Shown here one piece after another: positions 19,992 through 29,756 of a DNA stretch of 64,000 nt (positions within the stretch are counted from its first letter, which is position 1; the number at the start of each line of letters is the position of its first letter). Under the pieces are notes generated by a model. It did not search any database. It worked only from the letters and a program-made list of their open reading frames with translations, and was not told where the DNA came from. This DNA is from an uncultured virus (IMG/VR IMGVR_UViG_2706795104_000001) (lineage: Duplodnaviria > Heunggongvirae > Uroviricota > Caudoviricetes > Herelleviridae). The position numbers and the translations under genes are program-made. The stretch lies in the IMG/VR virus record IMGVR_UViG_2706795104_000001, positions 88,779-152,778 of that record, one strand, 5' to 3'.

Positions 19992-20246
19992 ATGATTAAA
20001 GCAAAGGCATTTGAAAAATGGATGGGTACGAGTGGTTATGTCTCCGATCCTGAGTTTGCGGCAGTTACTAATTTACTTAGTAGTCTACCAGTTATGGAGG
20101 AGAAGCATTACGGAGGATTAATCTTTGCTTCCGTGAAAACTGTTTATGCAACAGCAGACGAACAGTACCTACAGCTCATCTACCAAGTACGAACACCGAA
20201 AACACCAAAAGGAATGCAATACACTTACTACTTTGGAGAAGCCTAA
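19992..20246 (+). CDS. Hypothetical protein
   Basis: GGAGG RBS. Confidence 0.7.
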   Translation: MIKAKAFEKWMGTSGYVSDPEFAAVTNLLSSLPVMEEKHYGGLIFASVKTVYATADEQYLQLIYQVRTPKTPKGMQYTYYFGEA

Positions 20247-20268
20247 TAATTACATGGAGTGAGTAATT

Positions 20269-21576
20269 TTGGCTAAAGAAAAATTAACGAAACATGAGCA
20301 ATCATCAATTAAAGAAGAGACAGGCGCATACGTAGTAGTCATGGGTTACTTAAAACGAGAACGTGGACAAGTAGCCCCGTCTGTTTTCAACAAGATTATT
20401 GTGGAGCTTGGATATAATAAAGTAAAGAAACAAGATTTAATTATAGTAGCAGAGAAGATTGAAAGTAGCGATATCTTATCAAGTCTGTATAAGAAAGCGT
20501 ACTTAGGTGAGATTACAATTGATGATATCCCTCACGCTTACGAAGAGGAGACGCAAGTGAAAGAGGAGAACATTTTCTCCTATGTAACGAACTACTTAAT
20601 GGACAAAGAAGATAATACTGCTAAACTAAGAGAATACAGAAAATTACAAAAAGATGGAACTCTTATGGCTCTACTAATGAAAGACTTGAAGAAGCATTTA
20701 GTAGAGGAACTAAAAGGTCTACCTCGTGCGAAGTACTTAACGTCAGAACCGTACAAACCTAAAAAAGGGGACAAGCATTTAATTCTAGCTTTCTCAGATT
20801 GGCATATCGGATTCGTAAGTTTCGACATGCATACAGGTAATCACAACTTCGAACGACTTAAAATGTCTGTAAACGAGATTGTAGCGTACACACGTCAAAT
20901 CGTACAGGAGAGAAACATTAAACATGTATATGTGATGTTCTTAGGAGATTTAGTTGAGAACTTCTCAATGCGTTCTACACAGTCATTTGATTTAGAGTTT
21001 ACATTTGCAGACCAAATCGCAAAAGGTACACGCATGTTTGTAGATGTATTGGCTAACCTATCTAAGTTCGTTCCTGTAACGTTCTCTATGGTAGCAGGGA
21101 ACCATGACCGATTCGAGTCTGATAAGAAGACTGCTATCTTTAATAACTCTGTAGCGTACACTGTATTAGACACATTAATCATGCTTAAAGAGCAGCTAGG
21201 TCAGTTACCGAACGTGGGGATCGTAGATAACCGTAAGGACGTTTACCGATTCGATGTAGAAGTAGCTGGGCAACATATCGTAGGTGTACACGGAGACCAC
21301 TTACCAAAGAGTAGTGAGAAGATTCCTGCGTACATGAAGAAGGGTGAGCAAGTAGATATTCTGTTCTCAGGTCACTTGCACTCTCTATGGATTAATCAAG
21401 AGAGCTACACACGATTACATATCCAAGTGAGTTCTCCAATTGGAGAAAACTCATACTCTCGTCAAGGTAACTATCCGACAACAACACCATCACAACAAAT
21501 TGTTATTTTGACTGAAGGTTCTAAAATACCTGAACTGATCCCGTTGTGGTTAGGTACAGACGGAAAGTTACTATAG
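20269..21576 (+). CDS. Calcineurin-like metallophosphoesterase
   Basis: SDWH, LGD, GNHD, HGD, GHLH motifs. Confidence 0.88.
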   Translation: MAKEKLTKHEQSSIKEETGAYVVVMGYLKRERGQVAPSVFNKIIVELGYNKVKKQDLIIVAEKIESSDILSSLYKKAYLGEITIDDIPHAYEEETQVKEENIFSYVTNYLMDKEDNTAKLREYRKLQKDGTLMALLMKDLKKHLVEELKGLPRAKYLTSEPYKPKKGDKHLILAFSDWHIGFVSFDMHTGNHNFERLKMSVNEIVAYTRQIVQERNIKHVYVMFLGDLVENFSMRSTQSFDLEFTFADQIAKGTRMFVDVLANLSKFVPVTFSMVAGNHDRFESDKKTAIFNNSVAYTVLDTLIMLKEQLGQLPNVGIVDNRKDVYRFDVEVAGQHIVGVHGDHLPKSSEKIPAYMKKGEQVDILFSGHLHSLWINQESYTRLHIQVSSPIGENSYSRQGNYPTTTPSQQIVILTEGSKIPELIPLWLGTDGKLL

Positions 21577-21589
21577 GGAGGAAAAGAAA

Positions 21590-21973
21590 ATGACTGCATA
21601 TGATATTGTATTAGTTACTCTGTATATGGTAGTTGTCGTAACATTCGTTACGAATAACATTCAGTTGTATAAAGAGTCTGCTAGACTAAAAGAGATGGGA
21701 CAAACCCCTCTCACAGGCCGCAACTTATCCGTAGTGATTGTGGCATTCATTTCCGAGATGTTAACCGTGGCAGGAATTATGTGGTGCTTCCAAGCACTAG
21801 ATACTCCTGTAAACCCTTGGACTGTAGCGTGTATGTTCATTGTAGGTTATTTAATCCGTAACATTGGTGCGTATGTCTCTGCTTGGGTGCTATGGACTAT
21901 ATTCGTACGGATCGACAAGGGGAAAATGAAACACGAAGTAGAGAAAGAGATTACTAGTGGAAAGGCTCTGTAA
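21590..21973 (+). CDS. Membrane protein
   Basis: About 3 hydrophobic helices; GGAGG RBS. Confidence 0.75.
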   Translation: MTAYDIVLVTLYMVVVVTFVTNNIQLYKESARLKEMGQTPLTGRNLSVVIVAFISEMLTVAGIMWCFQALDTPVNPWTVACMFIVGYLIRNIGAYVSAWVLWTIFVRIDKGKMKHEVEKEITSGKAL

Positions 21974-22012
21974 TAGAGTCTTTCTTTTTTTTATTTTTTT
22001 TTATAAATGTTG

Positions 22013-22042
22013 TTGACTTTAGGAAAACATGTATGGTAAATT
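22013..22042 (+). promoter_or_regulatory. sigmaA-type early promoter (after terminator 21962-21990)
   Basis: TTGACT-N18-TAAATT with TG extension. Confidence 0.75.
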
Positions 22043-22084
22043 AAGTACAAGAGATAACGAACAACATATCGAGGAGGAAACGAA

Positions 22085-22285
22085 ATGATTAAAATAAAAT
22101 TATTCACAAGTAAATCAGGTAAGGAACTATTTGATATGAAGGAGACCTTTTATGCGTGGGGTAATGAGAGTAGTGTCGCACCAATCCCTTTCACAGTTTG
22201 CAAGGAACATACAGAGGACATGGGAGATAATCTTATCCACGTTAAAGATATAAGTAGTGTAAAATTTGGAGGTGTTACGAAATGA
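22085..22285 (+). CDS. Hypothetical early protein
   Basis: GAGGAGG RBS. Confidence 0.7.
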   Translation: MIKIKLFTSKSGKELFDMKETFYAWGNESSVAPIPFTVCKEHTEDMGDNLIHVKDISSVKFGGVTK

Positions 22286-22566
22286 TAGATAGTTTCGATT
22301 CAATCAAAGTAGGAGATTTACTTAAATGGGATATGATATGGGGAGTAACTGAGTACTTAGGTCGAGAGGAAGACGGTACAGTCCTATTAAAGAACATAGC
22401 AGGTGAAACAATGGAGTTCCGACCTGAGGGTTTTCTAAGCTACGCAACAATCATAACAGACGGATATATAAAGCAAGAGTACTGGGAGAGAAGAAAAGGA
22501 CTTGAAAAAATGTTAGCAAAGGAGAGAGGAGAACGTGAGAACGCAAAGGCGCAGAGAACTAGCTAA
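22282..22566 (+). CDS. Hypothetical protein
   Basis: GGAGGTG RBS, ATGA coupling. Confidence 0.7.
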   Translation: MIDSFDSIKVGDLLKWDMIWGVTEYLGREEDGTVLLKNIAGETMEFRPEGFLSYATIITDGYIKQEYWERRKGLEKMLAKERGERENAKAQRTS

Positions 22567-22750
22567 GGCCGCAGGGTTCAAGTTAAAGCGTAGAAAGAAT
22601 GAGTACATTATAAAGTCTAACTTATCAGTAGATGTCACTACTACTTTCGGGGACACACAAGGAGAGAGAGATGATGCAGTGTTATACTTAATTTATATAA
22701 TGCGTAGATGGAGCAAAAATAAAAACTTACGAAATAAGGGAGTTGTTTAG
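22535..22750 (+). CDS. Hypothetical basic protein
   Basis: GAGGAG RBS, GTG start. Confidence 0.55.
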   Translation: MRTQRRRELAKAAGFKLKRRKNEYIIKSNLSVDVTTTFGDTQGERDDAVLYLIYIMRRWSKNKNLRNKGVV

Positions 22751-22752
22751 TA

Positions 22753-22935
22753 ATGAAACGATGGATATATGAAGTAACGTATACAATGAAAACTTGCCCA
22801 ATGCTAACGCTTAGGCTAGATGACCTGTACGAAGACAGGGACGAAGCAGAGGAAGAAGCAGAAAACTTAAAGCTAGAGTTAACAGGAGAGTACGCAGTGA
22901 TTGACGTACGACCTAGAAAGCTGGTGCTACGATGA
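22753..22935 (+). CDS. Hypothetical protein
   Basis: GGGAG RBS. Confidence 0.65.
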   Translation: MKRWIYEVTYTMKTCPMLTLRLDDLYEDRDEAEEEAENLKLELTGEYAVIDVRPRKLVLR

Positions 22936-23120
22936 TGCATTTCCAAGTAACAGGTACAAAGTATATGGTATTCGAAAAATTAACACACTACTATGACGAC
23001 AACGATTCAGCGTTTGTTATGGCTTTTGACTATGAGAAGGACGCTAACGATTATGTAGCAGCTCATCCTCAACATAGCTATTACGTAGTAAAAGAGCACA
23101 CATACAAAATTAATAAATAA
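22932..23120 (+). CDS. Hypothetical protein
   Basis: ATGA coupling. Confidence 0.6.
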   Translation: MMHFQVTGTKYMVFEKLTHYYDDNDSAFVMAFDYEKDANDYVAAHPQHSYYVVKEHTYKINK

Positions 23121-23125
23121 GGGAG

Positions 23126-23641
23126 ATGTTTATAATGAAATTAGATTACGGATCAGGAAGACAACCAAAGGCAGGATTCAAGTCATCGGACTTTATTGGT
23201 ACACCGTGTTACGATTACTATATCAAGGATTACAAAGTATTAGACCTAGCAGATAATACGTGCGATGTGATTCATTGCCGTAACGTGATTCACCACATTC
23301 CAAAGGAAGACTTACCGATCCTGTTCGGAGAGTTCAAACGTTTATTAAAGCCAGGTGGACAGTTAATCATCTCAGAGCCACGAGAAGAGTTCCATAAGCA
23401 GAATTTGATTCTAGACCTTATTTGGTACCGTTGGGTGAACTACGATACAAACATCATGATTCCTTACGAGTATGTAAACTACAAAGAGTATCTAACAGAC
23501 TTTACGCTGCTTGATACAGTGAATGAGTATAACAACGAGATTCTTACATACGTAGTAAATAAGCCAGTACAAAAAATTACACGTAGAACAGGAGTGTTAG
23601 TATGGTCATCGAACTCAAAACGATCTCTTATTACGAACTAG
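23126..23641 (+). CDS. SAM-dependent methyltransferase (class I, type 11-like)
   Basis: LDYGSG, D.I....VIHHI, RLLKPGG motifs. Confidence 0.8.
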   Translation: MFIMKLDYGSGRQPKAGFKSSDFIGTPCYDYYIKDYKVLDLADNTCDVIHCRNVIHHIPKEDLPILFGEFKRLLKPGGQLIISEPREEFHKQNLILDLIWYRWVNYDTNIMIPYEYVNYKEYLTDFTLLDTVNEYNNEILTYVVNKPVQKITRRTGVLVWSSNSKRSLITN

Positions 23642-23871
23642 ACGATATCATGAAAGAAATGGAAGCAAGGGGGTTTATGTCTAAGCGTAAGTTTTGGCAA
23701 GATTACGCAACTGAATTTGGTGTTAACCGAGGTGCGATAGCGTGGTTTGGTTTCGACTACTACGAGTACACAGATAAAGCAGAGACGTATGAGGTATACT
23801 TTGCAGAAGTTAAACGTATGTTAGGATTACCTGAGAAGACTGACGGTATTATGGTTAAAACAGACTGGTAA
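23602..23871 (+). CDS. Hypothetical protein
   Basis: AGGAG RBS. Confidence 0.65.
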   Translation: MVIELKTISYYELDDIMKEMEARGFMSKRKFWQDYATEFGVNRGAIAWFGFDYYEYTDKAETYEVYFAEVKRMLGLPEKTDGIMVKTDW

Positions 23872-23889
23872 ACAAATAGGAGGGTCAAT

Positions 23890-24099
23890 GTGGAAGAACT
23901 AATCAAAAAACAAATTGAAATAGAAAATAAAATAGAAGTACTTCACGATGAGTCAGACAAGATCGGGGAGGAAATCTGCGCCACGTTTGAGAGGTTAAGT
24001 AGGAAGGAAAAGATAGAATGCTACCACCTGCTACCGACAACATCTACAAAATACAAAGTATTTTGTAGATTTATCGAACCATTACTTGATGAAGAATAG
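23890..24099 (+). CDS. Hypothetical protein
   Basis: GGAGG RBS, GTG start. Confidence 0.65.
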   Translation: MEELIKKQIEIENKIEVLHDESDKIGEEICATFERLSRKEKIECYHLLPTTSTKYKVFCRFIEPLLDEE

Positions 24100-24110
24100 G
24101 AGGGGTTGTA

Positions 24111-24296
24111 ATGGGGTGGAGAGCAGAGTACAGAGATAAAGCACAGGCGGCCTACGGGGGTTACTGCCAAAAGGCTAGGTCGCTAGGGTGCGATCCTATA
24201 CCGTATTATAGATTCACAGATTTATATGAAACATTAAGTGTAAAAGATATTGTAAAACAATTACATGGAGGGATTACTAGTGGAAAAGAAAGATGA
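24111..24296 (+). CDS. Hypothetical protein
   Basis: GGAGGGG RBS. Confidence 0.65.
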   Translation: MGWRAEYRDKAQAAYGGYCQKARSLGCDPIPYYRFTDLYETLSVKDIVKQLHGGITSGKER

Positions 24297-24426
24297 GGTA
24301 CTAAGAGATTGTTTTGAAAAGATATTAATATTTATCAGTGAAAAGAACCCGAACGATCCTACAGTAAAGAACATCAAGACACAGATTAGAAGAGGTATGT
24401 GGGTAATAGAAAATAGAGAAAATTAA
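24280..24426 (+). CDS. Small hypothetical protein (48 aa, not in ORF track)
   Basis: GGAGG RBS, GTG start (MEKKDEVLRDCF...). Confidence 0.6.
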   Translation: MEKKDEVLRDCFEKILIFISEKNPNDPTVKNIKTQIRRGMWVIENREN

Positions 24427-24440
24427 TTTTTATAAAGTTG

Positions 24441-24469
24441 TTGACTTATAGAAAACAACATGGTAAATT
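24441..24469 (+). promoter_or_regulatory. sigmaA-type early promoter
   Basis: TTGACT-N17-TAAATT with TG extension. Confidence 0.8.
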
Positions 24470-24513
24470 AGATTCATAAGATATTAAACAAATTATCAAA
24501 GGAGATGTTAATT

Positions 24514-24996
24514 ATGAAAACAACAGCAACATTAAATACGGATCAGTTACAAGTGGTATGGGAGCAGCTAGACGGAGCGTGTGAAGCCGTAGAACGTTTA
24601 CAAGAGAATGGTATTAGTACAGGATCGGTAGACTTCTCTTCACTGGTATCACTGAAGAACGAAGTGGAAGAGTTAATCCAAGCACAAGGTAAGAAACTTT
24701 CATTTAAGGATATCGTAGAAACAAATAAAATCCCATTCAACTTAGAAGCAGTAAAGCGTGAGTTGAATGATGTAATAGATGGACGGTTCATGGTGCGACA
24801 GTATAAAGGGTACAGAATGCTAGATAAGCAAGGAATTTCCACCTATTATGTTTACTTCGACAATCCGTCACCTAAAAACAAAGACGGTATAACGGTAACA
24901 TTAGAAGCACTTGGTCTAGAGCCAACGAAAATGCGTATCACTAGTGGGTCGTACGGATATATAATCGCATTTAAAGTGAAAGAGGAGGGCAAGTAA
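24514..24996 (+). CDS. Hypothetical protein
   Basis: AAGGAG RBS. Confidence 0.7.
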   Translation: MKTTATLNTDQLQVVWEQLDGACEAVERLQENGISTGSVDFSSLVSLKNEVEELIQAQGKKLSFKDIVETNKIPFNLEAVKRELNDVIDGRFMVRQYKGYRMLDKQGISTYYVYFDNPSPKNKDGITVTLEALGLEPTKMRITSGSYGYIIAFKVKEEGK

Positions 24997-24997
24997 C

Positions 24998-25210
24998 ATG
25001 GCGAAGGTTGTAAAGTTAGATAACGGTCAGTTTCAAGCAACACTTAGTCAGGAGGAGCTAACTACTATAGCTCTCCTCCTAGGCTATAATAATGATAGTA
25101 TAGTATTGGATTGTGCAGATGACTGGGAGATTCCTAGCGAGGTACTTTGCGTAGGAGATGACGCAACAAACCTGTATCAAGAATTTTGGAGCAAAGTAGA
25201 ACATAAATAA
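24998..25210 (+). CDS. Hypothetical protein
   Basis: GGAGG RBS. Confidence 0.65.
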   Translation: MAKVVKLDNGQFQATLSQEELTTIALLLGYNNDSIVLDCADDWEIPSEVLCVGDDATNLYQEFWSKVEHK

Positions 25211-25225
25211 GAGGGGGGAAATTAA

Positions 25226-25570
25226 ATGATTTCAACAGGTAGAATTTCAGTAGCACAGTCTATACTAAACTTAGTTCTTGCAAGAGAGGAAGTACACCAT
25301 ATAGACGGTCACGTAGATACATTCTGTAACGGTAGAGAGCAGGGTTTTACACTCTGCTTCTTCCAAGGAAGTGTACGAGCTATCTCATTTAGTGAGCACC
25401 GTAATACGGACTGTATCGTAGTATATCATAGTTCAGAGCACGAGTCAGGTGGTGTATTTGGTTACTCGGATCAGTTTTGGGACAGTAGAAGGTTGTTTGA
25501 TTACGGAGATTATGTAGGAGCAGTGAACTACATTCTTGAACTAATGGTGGGTGAGCCTAAGGAGGATTAA
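25226..25570 (+). CDS. Hypothetical protein
   Basis: GAGGGG RBS. Confidence 0.7.
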   Translation: MISTGRISVAQSILNLVLAREEVHHIDGHVDTFCNGREQGFTLCFFQGSVRAISFSEHRNTDCIVVYHSSEHESGGVFGYSDQFWDSRRLFDYGDYVGAVNYILELMVGEPKED

Positions 25571-25571
25571 T

Positions 25572-25865
25572 ATGGGTGATTTAGCAGATGATGCCGTAGA
25601 GTGGGCAATGAGAGAATACTACGAGGAAAGGGAAGCATTTATAGAGGAGAAGTACGCTTGGACAGACCGAGCTACACACCTCCTCTCTACTAAGAACGAT
25701 AAACAAGTAGTAGAGGAGGTTGAAAAAGTACTGAAGCGTGGCACCTACGATCCGAAGTACTTAGATAACCAACTATCTATGATAGCTTACTACTACGTAC
25801 ACGGTAGATTAACAGAAAAACAGAAGTGGGCAATGTGTTTGTTCGCTACAGAATATGAATTATAG
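25572..25865 (+). CDS. Hypothetical protein
   Basis: GGAGG RBS before ATG 25572. Confidence 0.7.
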   Translation: MGDLADDAVEWAMREYYEEREAFIEEKYAWTDRATHLLSTKNDKQVVEEVEKVLKRGTYDPKYLDNQLSMIAYYYVHGRLTEKQKWAMCLFATEYEL

Positions 25866-25876
25866 GAGGAAGCGCA

Positions 25877-26329
25877 ATGAAAATTAATGAATTATACGCA
25901 ATGGAACCGAAGAAAGTTACTCGTGAATTAGGCGGCTTATCAGGATTCCGCTTTGACCATATCCCTGAGTTAACTAATCAGTTCTATGTAGACAGTTACT
26001 GGGGACTAGAGGAGAAGAACGAGAAGGTTGAAATTAAGTACTACATGGATCACTGTTTCGATGGTAGACGTGTGTGGGTGTTAGCTTCAGTATGGTATGA
26101 AGGTAAGCCAGTTATGGTCATTCAAAACGCTGGTCGTGGAGGTGACGACCACTATGCACGATATGTTACAGATAAGGACGCATATGATAGCATGGTTTCA
26201 TATATTGTAAGTTTACTAGAAACAGACTTCAAGATTGAGAAAGACCTGTATGACGCAGACGAAGATATTAAAGATATCACACATTTCTACGGTCACGATT
26301 TATATACAGTAGATAAAGTTAGATGGTAA
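25877..26329 (+). CDS. Hypothetical protein
   Basis: GGAGG RBS. Confidence 0.75.
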   Translation: MKINELYAMEPKKVTRELGGLSGFRFDHIPELTNQFYVDSYWGLEEKNEKVEIKYYMDHCFDGRRVWVLASVWYEGKPVMVIQNAGRGGDDHYARYVTDKDAYDSMVSYIVSLLETDFKIEKDLYDADEDIKDITHFYGHDLYTVDKVRW

Positions 26330-26339
26330 AAAAAAATTG

Positions 26340-26368
26340 TTGACTTAAAGACAACAGCATGGTAAATT
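26340..26368 (+). promoter_or_regulatory. sigmaA-type early promoter
   Basis: TTGACT-N17-TAAATT with TG extension. Confidence 0.8.
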
Positions 26369-26410
26369 AAGTACATAAGATAATTACTAACATATCAGGA
26401 GGAATTGAAA

Positions 26411-27145
26411 ATGGATAAATTCGGGAACCGCATGAAAGGTTATGAAAATGCTTATAGAACAAAGTTACCACAGAGAATGCCAGTAATCGTACGTATTGAT
26501 GGTAAGGCATTCCACACTTATACAAAAGGTATGAACCGACCATTCGATTCAACATTAGCATACACAATGTGGGAAACTTGCCAGTACTTAGCGAAGAACG
26601 TTATGGGTTGTAAACTAGCATACACGCAATCTGACGAAATTAGTCTATTAATCACAAACTATGAAAAGCTAACAACTCAATCATGGTTCGATAACAACTT
26701 ACAGAAGATCGTTTCAGTGGCCGCATCGCTCGCTACAGCGAAGTTTAACGAAGTTATGAGGGAATCATACCCTAAGAAGGAACTAGCTCTATTTGACGCT
26801 AGAGCGTGGGTCTTACCACAAGATGAGGTAAATAACTACTTCTTATGGAGACAACAGGACGCTACAAAGAATAGTATCTCAATGGTAGCACAAGCAAACT
26901 TCCCACACAAAGCTCTGCAAGGTCTAAACGGTAAGCAGCTACAAGATAAGTTAATGCTAGAGAAGGACATTAATTGGAACGACTTACCTGTATGGCAGAA
27001 ACGAGGAGTGTGCATCGTAAAAGAGTTCTACACAAAAAACGGAGCTTTACGATCCCGTTGGGCAGTAGATGAGAACACACCAGTATTTTCGCAAGACACA
27101 GGTTACATTAACGGTTTAGTATACCCAGTGAAGGAGGATAAATAA
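26411..27145 (+). CDS. tRNA(His) guanylyltransferase Thg1-like (3'-5' polymerase)
   Basis: RMKGYE, VRIDGKAFH, YTQSDEISL, FDAR, YFLWRQ.D..KN motifs. Confidence 0.92.
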   Translation: MDKFGNRMKGYENAYRTKLPQRMPVIVRIDGKAFHTYTKGMNRPFDSTLAYTMWETCQYLAKNVMGCKLAYTQSDEISLLITNYEKLTTQSWFDNNLQKIVSVAASLATAKFNEVMRESYPKKELALFDARAWVLPQDEVNNYFLWRQQDATKNSISMVAQANFPHKALQGLNGKQLQDKLMLEKDINWNDLPVWQKRGVCIVKEFYTKNGALRSRWAVDENTPVFSQDTGYINGLVYPVKEDK

Positions 27146-27146
27146 G

Positions 27147-27533
27147 ATGGAATCAACAAAATTGTTCTCATTCGTTTACTATAAGGGAACTACAGTAGTA
27201 AGTGCGAAGTCAGGGTGCTATAAAGACTCAACAGAAGCAGTAACAAAAGCACAGCAAGAGTTACCATTGTATAACGCAGATGTTGTAGAGATTCATAGCT
27301 ACAACTACAACGCAGGAATATTCTCGAAGTATATCAGTATCACTTCGAAACGAAATGATATCAAGTGGAAAGATACGTTCAACGCTAGAAACATTTTAGG
27401 TAAAGATTTCTACGAATGTCAAAATATTGCTAAGAGTGTAGGTTATAAGTATCTTCTATTCAATGGACAAGTATATAGTGTAACTGGGTCAATTAATAAC
27501 GAACTTTGCGAAGAGAAAGACTTAATCGTCTAA
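27147..27533 (+). CDS. Hypothetical protein
   Basis: AAGGAGG RBS. Confidence 0.7.
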   Translation: MESTKLFSFVYYKGTTVVSAKSGCYKDSTEAVTKAQQELPLYNADVVEIHSYNYNAGIFSKYISITSKRNDIKWKDTFNARNILGKDFYECQNIAKSVGYKYLLFNGQVYSVTGSINNELCEEKDLIV

Positions 27534-27546
27534 GGAGGGACAAGCT

Positions 27547-27825
27547 ATGAACCTATATCGACAAATTACAGCCGAAGAGTTAAGAGATGAGATTAACATA
27601 ATGTATAATCGTGCCTTGATACGAGAAGAGAAAGACCGAGAAGTCGTACTACATGCTGTTAAAATGATGAGTCGTAGAGAAGCGAAGCAAGCAATCCGAA
27701 TGTACTTCCACGATTCTAGAGACTGTTCTGAGTTCTATAACAGAATAAAGAAACTATACTTCGCTCTAGAATGGGTTCAATCAGGTACACCAGTTTACAC
27801 AGACTACATAAGAGAGGATGATTAA
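27547..27825 (+). CDS. Hypothetical protein
   Basis: AAGGAGG RBS. Confidence 0.7.
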   Translation: MNLYRQITAEELRDEINIMYNRALIREEKDREVVLHAVKMMSRREAKQAIRMYFHDSRDCSEFYNRIKKLYFALEWVQSGTPVYTDYIREDD

Positions 27826-28390
27826 GATGGCACTGTATATTATCCTAACTTTAATCGGTCTTTACATAGGCAGAGGGATTGTAACTGCAAACCGAGACAT
27901 TGTAGACGTTAAAAAGCAGCTAACCTTATATCAGGAAGGTAGATTTAAAGAAGTAGATGACGAAGCGTGGGAAGCAGTAAAAGATATCAATAAAATTGCA
28001 GATGTGACAGGTAATAAGTTTACTTTTGGATTCATGTATGTGTTCCTTGTACTTGTATCCCCGTTCGCAGAAATGAAGTACTATTTAAGTCCTACGGGAT
28101 TAAAAGAGATTTACGCTGATTACAAAATGTACAAGCTAAAGAAGAAACTACGAAAGTATAAAAATGGCACACTAGTAGAAATTACAAACCCACAAGAGAA
28201 GGATTACGAGTGGGATTACGAAGGTGAGTGGGAGAAACACAAAGGTTGGCTAGGTAAGATTGTAGATTACTTCCCTCCTTCTGAGGAGCATGGAGAACGT
28301 GAAGCATATGAGATTAAGTTTGAGGGAGTTGAAGACACCTTCGAATACGAGCCTGATGAGTTTACTATCACTAATAAAGGAGGAAATTAA
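27818..28390 (+). CDS. Membrane protein
   Basis: Two hydrophobic segments. Confidence 0.7.
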   Translation: MIKMALYIILTLIGLYIGRGIVTANRDIVDVKKQLTLYQEGRFKEVDDEAWEAVKDINKIADVTGNKFTFGFMYVFLVLVSPFAEMKYYLSPTGLKEIYADYKMYKLKKKLRKYKNGTLVEITNPQEKDYEWDYEGEWEKHKGWLGKIVDYFPPSEEHGEREAYEIKFEGVEDTFEYEPDEFTITNKGGN

Positions 28391-28391
28391 A

Positions 28392-28739
28392 ATGAGTTGG
28401 AAGACAAGATTGAATGGACAAGGTATAATAATTAATGGACAAGTTGACGCTTACTTGAAAGGTGAGGGATTCTACGAATCTACAATGAGTCCGAGATTCT
28501 TCAATGACTTCTCATTCTCAGACCGTATTCAGTATCCTGACGCACCGTGTTTGCGATTAGACACTGACGATCCTGATAACAAAGAATACACAATGCGTAT
28601 CTTCGTATCAGCGCACGAACTTTACATGGAAGTGCAGAATAGTTGGCGTAGCCTAGATAGGTCATGGTATGTACCTGCCCCTGACGGTGTGGACATTGAG
28701 AACATTGACGAATTGCTAGACGAATTAATTGGAGCATAG
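28392..28739 (+). CDS. Hypothetical protein
   Basis: AAGGAGG RBS before ATG 28392. Confidence 0.7.
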   Translation: MSWKTRLNGQGIIINGQVDAYLKGEGFYESTMSPRFFNDFSFSDRIQYPDAPCLRLDTDDPDNKEYTMRIFVSAHELYMEVQNSWRSLDRSWYVPAPDGVDIENIDELLDELIGA

Positions 28740-28750
28740 GAGGAATCATC

Positions 28751-28963
28751 ATGCACAAAAGTAAACTAAATATCTCGAACACATTGCGGTCCGAGATTAA
28801 ACAGCAAGAAACTACAACACGAAAATTAGCGTCTGAGGTTGGTCTACACCAGCCCCAAGTAAGTAAGGTCTTAACAGGTACCAACTACCAAATCGACACG
28901 CTCATCAAAGTTCTAGACGGGTTAGGATTAGAGATACAACTAACTAAGAAGGGTGGAAAATAA
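28751..28963 (+). CDS. XRE/Cro-family HTH protein
   Basis: TRKLASEVGLHQPQVSKVLTG..YQIDTLIKVLDGLG. Confidence 0.85.
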   Translation: MHKSKLNISNTLRSEIKQQETTTRKLASEVGLHQPQVSKVLTGTNYQIDTLIKVLDGLGLEIQLTKKGGK

Positions 28964-28964
28964 A

Positions 28965-29363
28965 ATGAAAAAGAAATTAATTGCAGGTTTAATGTCTATT
29001 ATGGCAATAACAGGTTTAGCAGGTTGTAGTACAGAAGCAGATGTAGTTTCAGAGAATTTATCTAAATCAGCAGATTCATTTGAAGTGCAACGGAGAATTG
29101 TTTTCTTAAATGGTATCACTGACAAGTATCTTCTTTCGATTGAGGGGTTATGTTCATTTGACGCTTCCGATTCAAAGAAGGTTAGTGTTACTTGTAAGGT
29201 CGGGGAGGGTAAATATAAAAAACACTCTCTAGGATTAAGTGATAATGTAACATTCTTCTCAGAACAAACAGATGCTAAATACGAAGATGCGTACCACTAC
29301 AAAGTACTATTCAGACCTGAAGAAATCATTCCTGATATTAAGTTACAGACAAGCAACAAATAA
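28965..29363 (+). CDS. Lipoprotein
   Basis: MKKK-hydrophobic-LAGC lipobox. Confidence 0.8.
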   Translation: MKKKLIAGLMSIMAITGLAGCSTEADVVSENLSKSADSFEVQRRIVFLNGITDKYLLSIEGLCSFDASDSKKVSVTCKVGEGKYKKHSLGLSDNVTFFSEQTDAKYEDAYHYKVLFRPEEIIPDIKLQTSNK

Positions 29364-29387
29364 ACTACTGAAAGAGGAGGAATTAAG

Positions 29388-29684
29388 ATGAGTGGAGGAA
29401 GTTTCAACTACTTATGCTACAAACAAACATACGAACTATTTGACGAGGAGAACTTAACCGAACTAGAGAACATGGCAACTAGTTTGATTGAGTTAGGTCA
29501 TAAAGATGCGGCCCAAGAATTACTAAACATGAAATATACGATCGAGCAGTCTTTGGTACGTGTAGGGACTATGAAAGGTAGATTACGTGATGTTATGCAC
29601 GCAGTCGAATGGTATGTAAGTGGTGATAGGGGCAAGGAAGCAGTTGCAGAAGCCGTAAAAGAGTACAGAGGTGAAAATTTATAA
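29388..29684 (+). CDS. Hypothetical protein (MSGGSFNY-type phage protein)
   Basis: GAGGAGG RBS. Confidence 0.7.
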   Translation: MSGGSFNYLCYKQTYELFDEENLTELENMATSLIELGHKDAAQELLNMKYTIEQSLVRVGTMKGRLRDVMHAVEWYVSGDRGKEAVAEAVKEYRGENL

Positions 29685-29756
29685 ATTTAGATAGTTACAG
29701 ATGATACTTTATATTGTATAATAGAGGAGGAATATAAGTTAGAGAGGGGTTACAGT

